A stretch of DNA of 64,000 nt from Catajapyx aquilonaris. Taxonomy: Eukaryota. The notes under the pieces are model-generated. The model did no database searches, was not told the DNA's origin, and saw nothing but the letters and a program-made list of their open reading frames with translations. The DNA is taken from positions 1 through 64,000 of the forward strand of contig JYFJ02001947.1 in the NCBI GenBank assembly GCA_000934665.2, given 5' to 3'. Positions 52,380 to 64,000 of the stretch are shown here, one piece after another. Position numbers and translations under genes: made by a program. Numbering within the stretch: the stretch's first letter is position 1; each line of letters begins with the position of its first letter.

Positions 52380-52730
52380 AGTGAAAATAATGTGCGCAGC
52401 TCTTGCAATGAAAATACAGAGGAGAAAATATGGCCTATTTTTGCCATCATACGATATAGCCATTCTGGCAGTGTGTTGTTCATAACTACACGTGAATTCG
52501 GGTACAAAAATAAGGTGTAGCATGAGCTGGAGAACAATATATTACCTTTCGTGTTCAACTCTGTCAACGTGATTAGAAGCAGGGGGAGAATGTCCTGCAT
52601 TCCCAGAAACGATTGATTATTACGTACTGCAGGACTACATGTGAGGCGTACCATCGTTTCTCTCTCTAGCACGCATAGAAACGACTTCGGAGTCACAAAT
52701 CAAACGGAGTTTTGCATAATTTAGTCTCTA
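52380..52730 (-). mobile_element. Decayed L2/CR1-clade LINE 3' fragment
   Basis: Minus-strand NNTLPEWL resembles the C-terminal WNxLP motif. Weak upstream similarity only. Confidence 0.3.
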
Positions 52731-54815
52731 AGGACACATTAGTATTGATAGGAATTACTATTGCTAGGACTAGAGGTCATTTCGGTATAACTTTACTGCT
52801 GTACAGTACGATACTGGTGCATCATAAGCCTATAAGGTTATCACATAATTGTGAATAATCATAAATACTTTTATCGTTTGTTCGTTTCAATTCTATGCTC
52901 TATTATCGATTAAGTGTTTTTAAGCACTCATGACACGATTATTCAGCAAGACTGATTGAGGCCAGTCTGTATAAAATCAAATGAAGGAAAAACCACGCGT
53001 TTGTGTTGCATTGTGTGCCAAGAATTGGGTCAGTTTCAATTTATTTGAGTTGACACAGGTGGGCTTTAAAGGTCTAAAGAAATGAAAGCCTGAAATGCAG
53101 AACTGTCCAAGACACAATTCAATGATTTGAGATATGAAGGTCTGAAGATTGCATTTTCCCTTATGGGAGTACTTTTTCAAATATTTCTTTGGATTGGATG
53201 AACACTGAATTGACCATTAAGAAGTACAGGTAAATGTCAAAGGATCGTATTACAAACTGTACAGTGTACAGTATAGGCTAACTCAATTTTGACCCAAATT
53301 TAACAATGTTCGTTCTGCATTTTATGTTTTCAGATGCTGTTATAATTTTATAAGAATGGGAGCATGCAAACTACTTGCTTAAAACATTTTCAGACCAATA
53401 ACTGAATTTTATCACATATCATAGCATGTAGGCTATACCTTTTCCTCAAATTGCTGAATGTCAATTTACAACAAAAAAAAACTTGACAATGCAATATTCT
53501 TGACGACCGTAATTTCAGATAATGACATAACTGTTATTCTTATTTTTAATAAGGATTTTTAAACGGACACATTTAATAGACACACCCTTTTATAGACATT
53601 AGAGGAGAAGATGCTGATGGGGGCGGAAATGAAAGGCTCCAGGAGCAAGGTTTGAGCATAAAGAAATGTCTCAAATGATATGGAACATAACTTTTAATTT
53701 TATCACTTTGCAAACTCAGTCATAGCCCAATCGCATTGATCAGCGCCTTATAAGTTCCAGAAACTGTTAAATACGACAGTATGAGGAATTAATATCGCAA
53801 ATAAAGAGATAACGAGTATAAGGTGGGTGGGTAGGTGGAATTGTCTCAGAGAACCTCTCATGTTTAAAAAGTCCGGTTAAACGGTATAATTATTACAAAT
53901 TACTTTGCCGCTAGATAAGCATTCTTGGATAAAATAGGCCTATTTCGTGAGCAGGCACATTTCGCACAAATTACTGTCCGGTATAAACCTTTTTACCATG
54001 TGTATTAACAATCCAAGGAACAAAATCATCCAAGCTTTAAAGAATGACACTTGTAGTGTAACTTGTACCCTAGTCCAAGTTCTTGGCACAACATCTGTAC
54101 TACGTAAAATATGGGAGACTCATAACGCAATAATGAGTGTAATGGGGGAAAAAATCCGACCGTTTCATCCCGGCAGCAGTAAGCAGCGGTACTATGCATA
54201 TTTAACTATTAAAGCAGCATTTCACTGTTATTTTTTAAAAGCTCGCGTATGTCAACGATAAATATTGATGACCACACCTGGTAAAAAAATTCATTCTATA
54301 GAAATACCGTCCAGCATGAAATTTTTAACTCATCAACAATAGCATCTCAAAAAATTCTGCAAATGTCGTAATATCATCAGTTTCTTGGCTGCACAATTCT
54401 GAAAGCGGCAAACGTAAAAAGAATCAGGGTTGCTTACCACGTCGCGCATGTTGCACGTGGGACGGCAATGGAATGGGAGCAGAAAATTCCCGTGTCGGGC
54501 AGCACGTCTGCTCGCCAACTGAAAATATCTCATCTTGCGGGACACGGCTTTGAAATCGGCGCCTGCGCAGCCCTACAAAGCCTCACCTGCGCCCTTCGCA
54601 AAATCTATTTCTTCACTCTTTAACTACCCAACTAACGTGCTCATTTTGGGGACATACTTACATTACGCGGCAACATCTTGCTTACCATTGAAATGGGATC
54701 TTGCAGGGATCTTGTGACGATCCCTAAGAGAGTATATGCTATTGGTGCCAGTGAGAACTCCCAGGGAGAGATCAAAGGTTGCTCATGAACACCAGAGACT
54801 GTAAATGTCAAAGTT

Positions 54816-54918
54816 TCGAATTTTCGTCCTACTGCTAGTTACTGCTAACTTAGCAGTACCACTGACAAACACTGGTACTGCTCAGTTAGCAGTAACTAGC
54901 AGTGTGGGGAAAATTCGA
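54816..54918. repeat. ~100-bp hairpin (MITE core)
   Basis: tcgaattttc...actgctagttactgctaacttagcagtacca-ctgacaaacac-tggtactgctcagttagcagtaactagcagt...gaaaattcga. Confidence 0.85.
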
Positions 54919-55144
54919 CCTAAGATCTTTTAGAATCACTGTATAGTTATTAAACATAAATACAGTAAGTCCACAAGCTGCAAAACGCAGAGAGAAGGAT
55001 TACATTGCCCGAAGGTGAAGTAACGTGTTTTAGTGGCGTAAATCAATGCAGATGCCAGTAGCCTACATAATTAGATAGAGGAACTTAGGCAACAAAGTCG
55101 GACCACTAATTCGGTTTTACTTTCTTCGTATTAAAGTTACAATC

Positions 55145-55527
55145 GAATCGAGCAAAAGAAGAACAGCACAAGTCCATTTTTTGCGAAAATGAGATTATCG
55201 TGGGATGTGGTAGTCCTTGTCCATGTGCATCGTTTGATGGAAAAGAAACACATGTCACTTGCATGAGTAAGGCAGGAGAACGGGACAAAGTTTGTATGTG
55301 TGCTGGAAGAACAGCACATATCCCCGGATTTGTGCTGTTTTTCCGTCTCAATAGTTAATTAATGTATTGAGTACCAAATTACATTTCTGGAAGCGTATAT
55401 GCCTGTCTGCTAATATAGCCGAAAGTATGAACTGTCAGTCGTGAACGGTAAGCTCTGTAATCAGTTTTTTGTCTCTCCTGAAAAAGTTGCATTTTGTGAC
55501 ATGTGCTGTTCTTCTTTTGCTCGATTC
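55145..55527. mobile_element. Sola-like MITE with 4-bp TSD
   Basis: 26-bp TIRs GAATCGAGCAAAAGAAGAACAGCACA / TGTGCTGTTCTTCTTTTGCTCGATTC, with AATC duplicated (55141-55144, 55528-55531). Confidence 0.8.
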
Positions 55528-56110
55528 AATCATATTATTGATTTCTCAATGTCGAGAGATTCTTTCATTAGTGGCCTAAGAACTATCTATACGTTATGGA
55601 ATCCATGTAAAGATTAAAAGCAAAAGGCATTTTGAGTTTAGAAAGAAGTGTCATAATGATGCTTTTGAAAAAGTGCTGCAAATTCGGACCCCCCACATTT
55701 AAGTAATTATTCAGTGGAAAATGAAAACAAATTTAGGTTATGCAATTGAATTATTTATGGAAAGACAATTTATTCTAATATTGAGAACATTATAAAAACC
55801 TTAGAAACTTGGTATAAAAAGATAAAAATACCGCATTGATTTAAGAGAAGGGAAAAAATTTTTAGCGCGAAAAGTTTTGATTGGTTCCACAGTATATAGT
55901 GTATGTAAGTTACTGTACTTTTTTCCAGTTTTCCAGTTTCCTAAATTCTGACCCTTCCTCAATACTGTTTGAGTGAATACCATAATAATCATCACAGAAT
56001 GATCAAACTCATACGTGATGAGAACTACTCCCACTGGTAACAGCACTGGTGTACCATTCAGGGCAGGACAGTTTGTTAGTTCATACCTCTTCACAGTGAT
56101 GATTCAGTTG

Positions 56111-56276
56111 TTGCAAACTCCCCTGGGTGGCTTAGTCTGTCGGAAATTGCCACCCGAAATGAAGCCAGAGATGGCCCAACTCTGCACGGATAAAGGTGGG
56201 AACCCCGGGTGGGGATTGAACCCGGGACCTTAATATCCGTGGGCGCGCGCGTTACCGCGGCGCCACTTCATCTCCC
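56111..56276 (-). mobile_element. tRNA-derived SINE family A (head and 5' body), minus strand
   Basis: The reverse complement closely matches 20171-20337 (A box, B box GGTTCAATCCC, gcagagttgggccatctctggc, cgggtgg...ccacc). Confidence 0.9.
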
Positions 56277-58689
56277 TTATTCATTGGGAATTACCTCCTG
56301 CATTAGCTTTGGTCTTGGCATATTAATCTCCTTGTGCTTATGGCAGCACCCAAATCCTACCCCATCACTTGGAATAGTGGACAATTTTTTTGTTTTACAT
56401 CCGCACCACTGATACTGTGATTCACCGAGGTCCCATGGAGATTCGACTTATAGAAGTTTTACTGTAGGTCGTAATATGATTTACGAATATGATGTGTTCA
56501 GATATGGGCTGGCATGACTATACCACTGAAATTTGCAACAAGAACCATTGCTTCGGGCATTCAGTTGCCAAAGGGCCCAACTCCACTGATTTTGACCTCC
56601 AATAGACACTGACCTATTGCTTTCTAGTATATGAGATCTATGGCACTAGGTGTGTAGCATCATAAACCACGAAACTCTACATGGAGCAATATACGCATGC
56701 GGTTTTTCCTTTTTGTCTCTCCTGAAAAACCGTTCCAAACTTTAAAACGATATATCTCAAAAGCTGTGCCTGAAAAAAACCTTCTGAGCAGATATTCGGA
56801 TTCAGCGCAGAAAGTACAATAGGAATCACTATTCAAATCTTCAGAAAAGAGAAAAACTGTTATTTTGTGGAACAGCGTTACCAATCATATTCGGAACACG
56901 GAGCAGACATTTTTCCCTGAGCTAAAATTCAAACACATGTATCTTAAAAAGCTGAAGCAATACTGACCATGTTTGAACTTAGATCATTAGCTGTGACTCA
57001 ACTGAGCCCCCGTGACTAAGTACTGCCAGTTATTTAGCAGCAGCAGAACTAGCGCATAAAATTAAAATGCAACAACTGTGCAGGTGTCCCTTACAGGGGA
57101 CACTAGGCCAAGGTTAGCAATAAACTGAAAACTCCACTCTGAGGCTGTGATTGTAGTACAGCTATACGTAAACAAAACTGTAGATTAGTTATAAAAACAG
57201 GTAAAACCGATGGTCAACATATAATGATATATGATGACAAGTGCTTCATTTTCTGAAATTGGATTTACTTATGTGAAATGATCAATAATACATACACTTT
57301 TGACTTGTTGTCCCCAAGATTGTCTCTTTATTACTGTATTAGAGAGAGTTTTTGTAAGTTCCTTCTTCCAAACGCATCTGCTTGTCCTTGATAAGCTGTT
57401 ACTGCCACCAGTGCACCAATTGTTCACTTTGGTTTTGGTACTGTCCTCCCCTCTCACATAGCCATTTGTAAATAAAATATTGTTCAGCCCAAAGCAAGGG
57501 ACTATAATACCACCATAACCACCATCTTACGTTAATCCCCACCACCAACCCACCAGCCCCCACTCCTCTCTCTCACACATTCTTTTACTAGGTATCTTGG
57601 TCTGCAGGTGTCTCAAGCAGAGTTGACATGCAAGAACTGGTACAGTAAAATCCACATTATTAGGAATTATCACATACTCCAGGTATTTGTCAAGCATGGC
57701 CTAATCACAAATTCATACTACCTGTCTGGGCTCCAACCAAATTATCACAAACAATTCACCAGAATGTGAGTTATGGAAGAGGGCAGATTCCAAGCAGATT
57801 CCCTTGCATTTGTACAGTGATGGAAAAAACAGCACTGTGTACCCCCACAGGTTCTGCAAAGATCAACTTGAACCTGATACACTCACTGTTCAGAGGCACT
57901 AACTGTAAGACACACTAACAAGGGAAGGCCGTGAATGTGGCACTAAAGGTCCATTCTCATATCCGCGAACAGTCGACTTCTTGCGCACGAAAACGGGCAC
58001 TTTTTGACTCATGCGAATTTGTCTTCTCGCAAGCGGTGTTTTCATTAGTGCGAGCAAGAGCTAATAACTGTTATTAGCTGTTATTAATAACAGTTATTTT
58101 TTATTTATATATTTTTTTCATTACCCCAGAAGGGCTTTATATAGCCATATGGGGGAGACAGTTCCAGTAGACACACAATCTTTATCCTAGGGTAGATATA
58201 ATTTTACAATAGGAAGTTTATACGCGTGTTTACATTATTCATTAATAACAGTTATTAATAACCACAAGTGGACATGTAGGCAAAATGGACAAGTCCCACA
58301 GTCGGGGCCAGCACTGCACCTACTCAATGAGCTTCCTCCGTGTCCCTTCACCTTCTGCTCTTACTGCAACGTTATTTTTTTCCTCGACATTCCAAGGCCT
58401 AAGCTTCGACATACTAGTCACAGTTGTTGCCATCTTTCTGAGGCTTGTTGGCACTTCGGAAAACTCAAATTTCAGAGTTTTCTGACGTACCAACAAGCCG
58501 TAAATAAATATTAATTTATTATGATAATATTAATGTTCCCTCTTTTCCCCCTGACCGCACTCATTGGCTCTATGCTGGCATAACAAAAGAGGCAGCATAT
58601 AATCTGTACAACTTTTTTGAAAATGTCGTAAAAAGAATCAACCTCTGCACGAACTGATGTATGTCATGGAATTGTATCATAGTTTTGTA

Positions 58690-58820
58690 CTAACCACTCT
58701 TTCCTTTCCCGCTCCTATCTCTTTCAACTATTCTTTGTATCCAGAGCGGTCCCCCCTAAAAGAACCCAGCCCTAAAATGGGGTAACGTAAATAAATAAAA
58801 TAAAATAAATAAATAAATAA
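58690..58820 (+). mobile_element. Isolated retroposon 3' end (tail type 2) with a (TAAA)n tail
   Basis: ccccctaaaagaacccagccctaaaatggggtaacgtaaataaataaa matches the end of SINE B at 47777-47823. Confidence 0.65.
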
Positions 58821-58843
58821 TAATATTAATATTTAATAAGTTT

Positions 58844-58942
58844 GGGGGAGGCACGGTGGCTGAGATGGTAACGTCTCGACTTGCTATGCGAAAGGTCCCG
58901 GGTTCAAATCCCCACCCGGGAGCAAACCTTTCGCTTGCGTCA
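58844..58942 (+). mobile_element. tRNA-derived SINE family B head
   Basis: gtggctgagatggtaacgtctcgacttgctatgcgaaaggtcccgggttcaaatccc is tRNA-Ala-like with A and B boxes. Homology to 47483 ends at gcgtca. Confidence 0.8.
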
Positions 58943-59120
58943 TTCCCAGATCTGGTAATTATGGCTGTTATTATTGGGCAATTCCACGCGTTACGTACAG
59001 ACAATCGGAAGCCGTGTTGAGGTGTTTAGGAGTCCACCGCGGCTAGGTACTTGCCGTAATAGATTAACTGTTATGAAAATCAGATGCAGCGCAGAAATGT
59101 GAAGGTGAGGGACATCATGG

Positions 59121-59771
59121 AAAGGACCTGTTCAAGGTTATCCTGGCAAAGAAAGGCCACCCACAAGGCTCAATGATTCGTGTCATTAGATTGGAGCAGA
59201 TCACTGAAACTTGGCAACGCAGGGGAGTTGGATCAAAATGTTGCTGTCCAGCCACTCTAATATATGTCATTCAATGGAAGAATGCTTCTAAAGGGTGACC
59301 TTCATCAGTTTGGAGAAAGAGTTCGCCCTTGCTTTGCCAACGAACGCCATCCTGAGTCCGTCCCTCGCTCCTGTCTCTCTTTTAGGGGAGAGTGAGAGAG
59401 AGGAGAGGGAGAGAGGGTGAGATACGCGATTGGGCAAACGCGTGATATCTCGATGGGGCTTGCATTTCGCATATTGGTTCCCTGAGGCGGCATTTGTCTC
59501 ACACGAATATTCTTACAACATTTTTACGGGGTAAAAACCACACGAGTTTTCCTGCCTCTAAATCAACTAATAAACACTAATAAAAAACTAATAAACAGTT
59601 CACCACGTGACAACATGTTTTGATTCCTACCAAGGCCGCTAGGTAGCAACCCCTACCACATCAAAGACACAGTCAGTGGCGAACCTTTAGCGTAAAACGA
59701 GGTGCATACATTATACACTACAAGATGCGCAAGATGGTTGCCGTTTAGGTAGCAGGGCTAACAGGTCCTTT
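59121..59771 (+). mobile_element. MITE, copy 2 of the 29038 family
   Basis: Same left TIR aaaggacctgttca and right ctaacaggtccttt. Shares long identical blocks with copy 1, e.g. ttagattggagcagatcactgaaacttggcaacgcaggggagttggatcaaaatgttgctgtc. Confidence 0.85.
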
Positions 59772-59979
59772 CATTCGATGGCCATCCACGCGTGTGCGAT
59801 TGTCTGAAATCTCGTTACGTACAATCCGTCATTGGACACCAGTTTCTGGGGTATATGCAACTAGGGGGAAACTCTGCGAAATTTGACAGCACAGGTTTCG
59901 AAGCTCAAGTGCATGTGGGGCAGTAGGGTGCGAGGAACCTCATCATGCCATTAGATTGGGAGAATTCTCATTTTGAACG

Positions 59980-60580
59980 TGAAAACATTTGAGATATCCA
60001 CCCGTTACGTATGTACCACCTACAGCGATTTACTGGGAGTAGCATAAATTTTTGGAGATTGGAATGTCTGTGAATTCATAATCTTATAATGGCTCCGCTG
60101 CACTGAAATAGGAACTAGGTCAGTTTTTGCCCTTTGGATACCTTTTGGTGTGGCTGTGGAAGGTCACACATTCATGAATACAGCAAAGTGATTGCACAGG
60201 TCGATGTTGCATTTTGTGCCCTTGAATTATATGAAAACGTCTGTCTCTCTTCCTTTCACATATCGCTACAGCGAATAACCAGCTGGCAATGTGCATTAGC
60301 CGAACGGATATCACAGAGCGCACGCTTAGATACTCTGGGAATAATACTGTGTTGTTGGGAATGATACTGTCACAAACTAACATGTCTAAGGAAACCATGG
60401 TCCACATGCTATCGGTTTTAGTCACTCAGATTCCAACTGCGTCAAGATGTAAGAACCGCACCCCATGTCCGCTCTTTCGTGGAATTTCCCTATTGGTAAA
60501 ATACTTTGTCCGTATCTTCGGAGTAGGCGTAAGCCGAAATCTACGTGGTTCGGGGTCGGGCCTATGTGGTAGCGAGGGGG
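59980..60580 (+). mobile_element. Decayed piggyBac-like 3' end
   Basis: GGG|TTAA terminus at 60578-60584. DVAFCAL...CLSSFH resembles the end of the Cys-rich domain. Confidence 0.3.
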
Positions 60581-60764
60581 TTAAATCCTTTCTTGGCCAA
60601 TTGTACCTGTCACCTGTTTAATATCATAATAAATCAATCAGACAAGAAAACTTTCACAAAAACCTTTAATCATTGTCATAGTATAAGATACATTATTCCA
60701 GACAGGAAACGTAATTCCCCGATAATTTCTCAGTTTTGCAGGTTACTAGACACCCTGATGTACA

Positions 60765-62097
60765 CAATTGAATAGGCAAGAAGAGAAGTGACCCAACTCT
60801 TTAAAAAATGCGAAATGCATCGTTTTATGATTTATCCCTATAGTGCAGGGCTATTCAACTACTACAAGGTCCAGTATTTGCCTTTCCTGGGCCATTGAAG
60901 GTCCGGACCCCCCCCCCCTCCCCTCCCAGTAAATATGTGGATTTTATATGGTACCACAGGGTTCATTTTCTAAAATAGAAACATGTGCAGCAAGGGTAGA
61001 AGGGTCTATCAAGACTGGACATATTAAGACATTTTCGCCCTTTTATGATGTCCTGTACAGGCGCATAATAGGCAGAAATAATTTCGTCGGGGGGCCCATT
61101 TCATAAGCACAAGCCGTAAAGGGTGGGGATTTGGCGGGGGGGGGGGGTTAAGGTCACACGAGCTTAGGTGAATGTGGGCGATTTGAATGGGTGTGTATTT
61201 GATGAAATTGGTAGCACTTTTTCCCAGAAAAAATAACATGAATTAGTAATTTAAAAAAAAAAATCCCTGTGATAGGGCGGAAACGGGCGGAGCCCTTTTA
61301 GGGGGGAAGGGGAGGTTCCCAAGGGAGGGCACTGTAATTATAGTCATTTCTGACTTTCTGAAATACACCAGACCTTTTCTCCTGGCCTTGGGCAGAGTAG
61401 GGAGTGCAATTCTGCCCTGGCATGTCGGGTGAAAAGCGGAAAAAGACCCGGCCAAGCAGAGGTGACGGGGATGAATTAGTAATTTCAAATGCTGTTTCAA
61501 ACTGTCCTGTATATCGTCGCACTCCGGACAAAATTGCGTCTGGACCACGGTCAGCCAATTGAATAGCCCTGCTATATTGCATGTCTGTAAGTACCTGCAC
61601 AACTAATACTACCACTCAACTCCACCCTTAAGGAGGTAAAGAATCATGTAAATAGATGCACAGTAACCCTACTCCCTGGAGCGGGGTTACCCTGAATCTT
61701 GTACTTCCACATTATTTGGTCAGAGGAGGCCTTTTATTCAAAGTCTTTCTTCTCCAGATGTTGATAATGTGACATGTGATGATATAAATATAGTATTGTT
61801 GTACCAATGATACTGAACCAATAAATGTTGGGGGATTTTTTAGATGTCATTTGTGTCAAAAATGCTGGCAAGACAAGAAACAACCCAACTCCATTTCCTA
61901 CAAACATTCCTACACGCTACACCTTGCATAACACCATGTTTTATCCAGACCAAATATTTTATGAACTCTAACATGCATGTAGTATTTGTGAAAAATTTTA
62001 TATGCTAATACTCCAAATATTATGGTCCCTGCATGGTTTTTCATCAAATATTTGCCTCACTGGAGTTGGGTCACTTCCCTTCATACCTATTCAATTG
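60765..62097. mobile_element. Non-autonomous DNA transposon hosting a hAT MITE
   Basis: TIRs caattgaataggcaagaagagaagtgacccaactc / gagttgggtcacttcccttcatacctattcaattg. Confidence 0.7.
60846..61571. mobile_element. hAT MITE (nested)
   Basis: TIRs CAGGGCTATTCAA / TTGAATAGCCCTG. 8-bp TSD ctatagtg / ctatattg (7 of 8 match). Confidence 0.85.
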
Positions 62098-62248
62098 CAT
62101 CCAACTTTCATCATACTTTCAAATAAATGGTGATGTGAAATACAACCCCCCTGACAGAGGTCAAGGTCATGGATTTGACTTATCACAAAAAATTAAAATA
62201 ACTTGCCCATAAACTACTTCCCCCTATTTGTTCCTCTCGTGATGTATA

Positions 62249-63737
62249 CCATGGTGGTTCAATACATAAGTTTTCTGGATCTGGCATACCAATAAAACAA
62301 AATAACAGTTATGAGGTGTAGGCGTAAAACTTAGCCGCATATTTCAGGGTCACATACAGAGTGATCAGAAGTCAGTACCTATTTTTATTTCAGAATAATT
62401 TTCCGAGTATACCTACAAAAGTGAAACTTGATTCAAAATGTGCGGGAATTTATGAGATTTGAGCTGGGTGACACCTTGCTACTGCAGCACTGCTAGCGAG
62501 CGCAGCTTGACACTTCTTCCACGGTAGCGGTGCTAGTAGGGTCACCTTTGAACAAAATGTCGGACCACCTGTCTATGATATCACAGGCCAGCCCCCAAAC
62601 ACTCCTACCCCATCCTTATGTCACAGTCAGGTGGTCCAACATTTTGTTCTAAGCTGCTCCTGCTACAGCCCCACCACAGCAAGAAGTGTCAACCTGCGCC
62701 AGCTAAAAAAGCCACCATGGAAGAAGTGTCAAGCTGCGCTTGCCAGCAGTGCCGCAGTAGCAAGGTGTCACCCAGCTCAAATCTCATGAATTCCCGCACA
62801 TTTTGAATCATGTTTCACTTCCGTAGGTGTACACATGTACTCGTTGGAAAGTTATTCCGAAATAAAAATAGGTACCAACTTCTGATACACCCTATATTGT
62901 GCATTATTGCTGTTCTGGTGTGACTGCTTGAGCCTGTGCATCTGTCATCAACAAAAGCTTGAAAAAAAAAGTGGGCTCGTGTCCTGCCTAATTTTCTGGA
63001 CGCAGGGGAAATTACCATTGCTATTCCTTCTTGCTGAACAGTGGACAAACTGGACGGTGTGTTATGCAATAATTTGTCAACCCACAAAAATGTCAAAAAT
63101 GAGTTAAGCCCAGAAACATATACCCAAAGGATCATACTTCATTCAGTTAAAATCAAGCTGGTGAAATCTGCATACTTCTGCCATAAATGATCAAAAAGGA
63201 CACTGAATTAATTTCACAGGTGTGACATTCAAACCCCTTTTTCTCAAAACTGTTCTCGTGGGGTGACTCATTATTGCATAACACAGTCCAACTGAAATCT
63301 CTGAATTCTTCACAAGAGTACTGGTCTCCTCACCGCTGGTGTGATTCTGCTTGAAACAATGCCCACCCCCACTCTGCCCTGCTGACACAAGCCATTGCAG
63401 ATTTTGGCTGGGAACACCGTGCCCATCCTCCATACAGCCCTGATTTGACCCCTAGCACCTTCCACATGTTTTCAAGTTTGAAGATGGAAGGTCACTGTTT
63501 TCATACCAACGGCCAGGTTCATGAAAAGATGAGCCATCTGAGGGCCCAGATCCCTACTTTCTTTGCTGGGAGTTTCGAAACATTGGTGAATCTTTGGGAC
63601 AAATGCCTTAACATTGAAGGTGATTATGTTGATAAGTGAAGAAACAGTGTGGCTAACTGTAAATGTAAATTTCTTGCATTAAAAAGAGTTTCTACAATAT
63701 GTCTGAGCCAGGAAACTTTTATATTGAACCACCCTCG
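62249..63737 (+). mobile_element. Internally deleted mariner transposon with transposase pseudogene
   Basis: TA-flanked TIRs ccatggtggttcaatacataagtttt / aaacttttatattgaaccaccctcg. 63420-63639 encodes HPPYSPDLTPSTFHMF...LWDKCLNIEGDYVDK*, the mariner YSPDL motif and GDYVEK-type end. Confidence 0.9.
62357..62894. mobile_element. Tc1/mariner foldback MITE nested in the mariner
   Basis: TA-flanked. Inverted arms of about 170 bp (cagagtgatcagaagt...ttcttcca / tggaagaag...acttctgatacacccta). Confidence 0.88.
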
Positions 63738-64000
63738 TATATGGGCCTAGTTTCTCAAGCCAATGACATTAATCAATTTCCTTGCCATTACTCTCTGCCT
63801 CTTGCTCGTTCACGAAGCTGATGGATGTGCTCTTCCTTCACAGGCTCATATCCTATAATGACAGGTTTCGCCAAATCTGGTGCCATCTGGATCTTCATGA
63901 ATCCACTCAACTTCTGGACTTTGCTGGCAATTTCTTCACAGCTCTGTTGAATAAACAAGTTATTAATCAACAGGATATACTGTATTATTGAATCTAGCTA

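Noticed and set aside
1..64000. CRISPR arrays, rRNA, operons or other prokaryotic systems
   Set aside because: I saw no repeat-spacer arrays, rRNA-like sequence or long intronless ORFs. The window is eukaryotic intronic and intergenic DNA.

Overview
AT-rich eukaryotic genomic DNA, most likely from an insect (inferred from (TAACC)n/TTAGG repeats and mariner, hAT, piggyBac and tRNA-SINE content). It comes from a draft assembly with single-N joins at 10453 and 22729. I can build one intact protein-coding gene by hand. It is a minus-strand, four-coding-exon, 264-aa four-transmembrane protein of the PMP-22/EMP/MP20/claudin superfamily (CDS 44859-44544, 25258-25148, 18469-18332, 6463-6234). All three introns are GT-AG and phase 1, and the 5' exon(s) were not located. 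The rest is intronic or intergenic DNA dense in transposon relics: tRNA-derived SINEs with clean target-site duplications (TSDs), many MITEs and foldback elements (hAT, Harbinger, Tc1/mariner, Sola-like), and decayed mariner, Tc1, piggyBac and LINE fragments. There are also microsatellites and a broken ankyrin-repeat ORF at the left edge. The most notable observations are a candidate single or double stop-codon readthrough extension of the claudin-like gene, SINEs that swap 3' tail modules between head families, a 110-bp TIR-only hAT element, long intronic foldbacks, and a strong excess of TAGGCCTA alongside TAC(A/T)GTA footprint-like palindromes. I found no clear-cut novel multi-gene system. 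Most ORFs in the supplied track are spurious.
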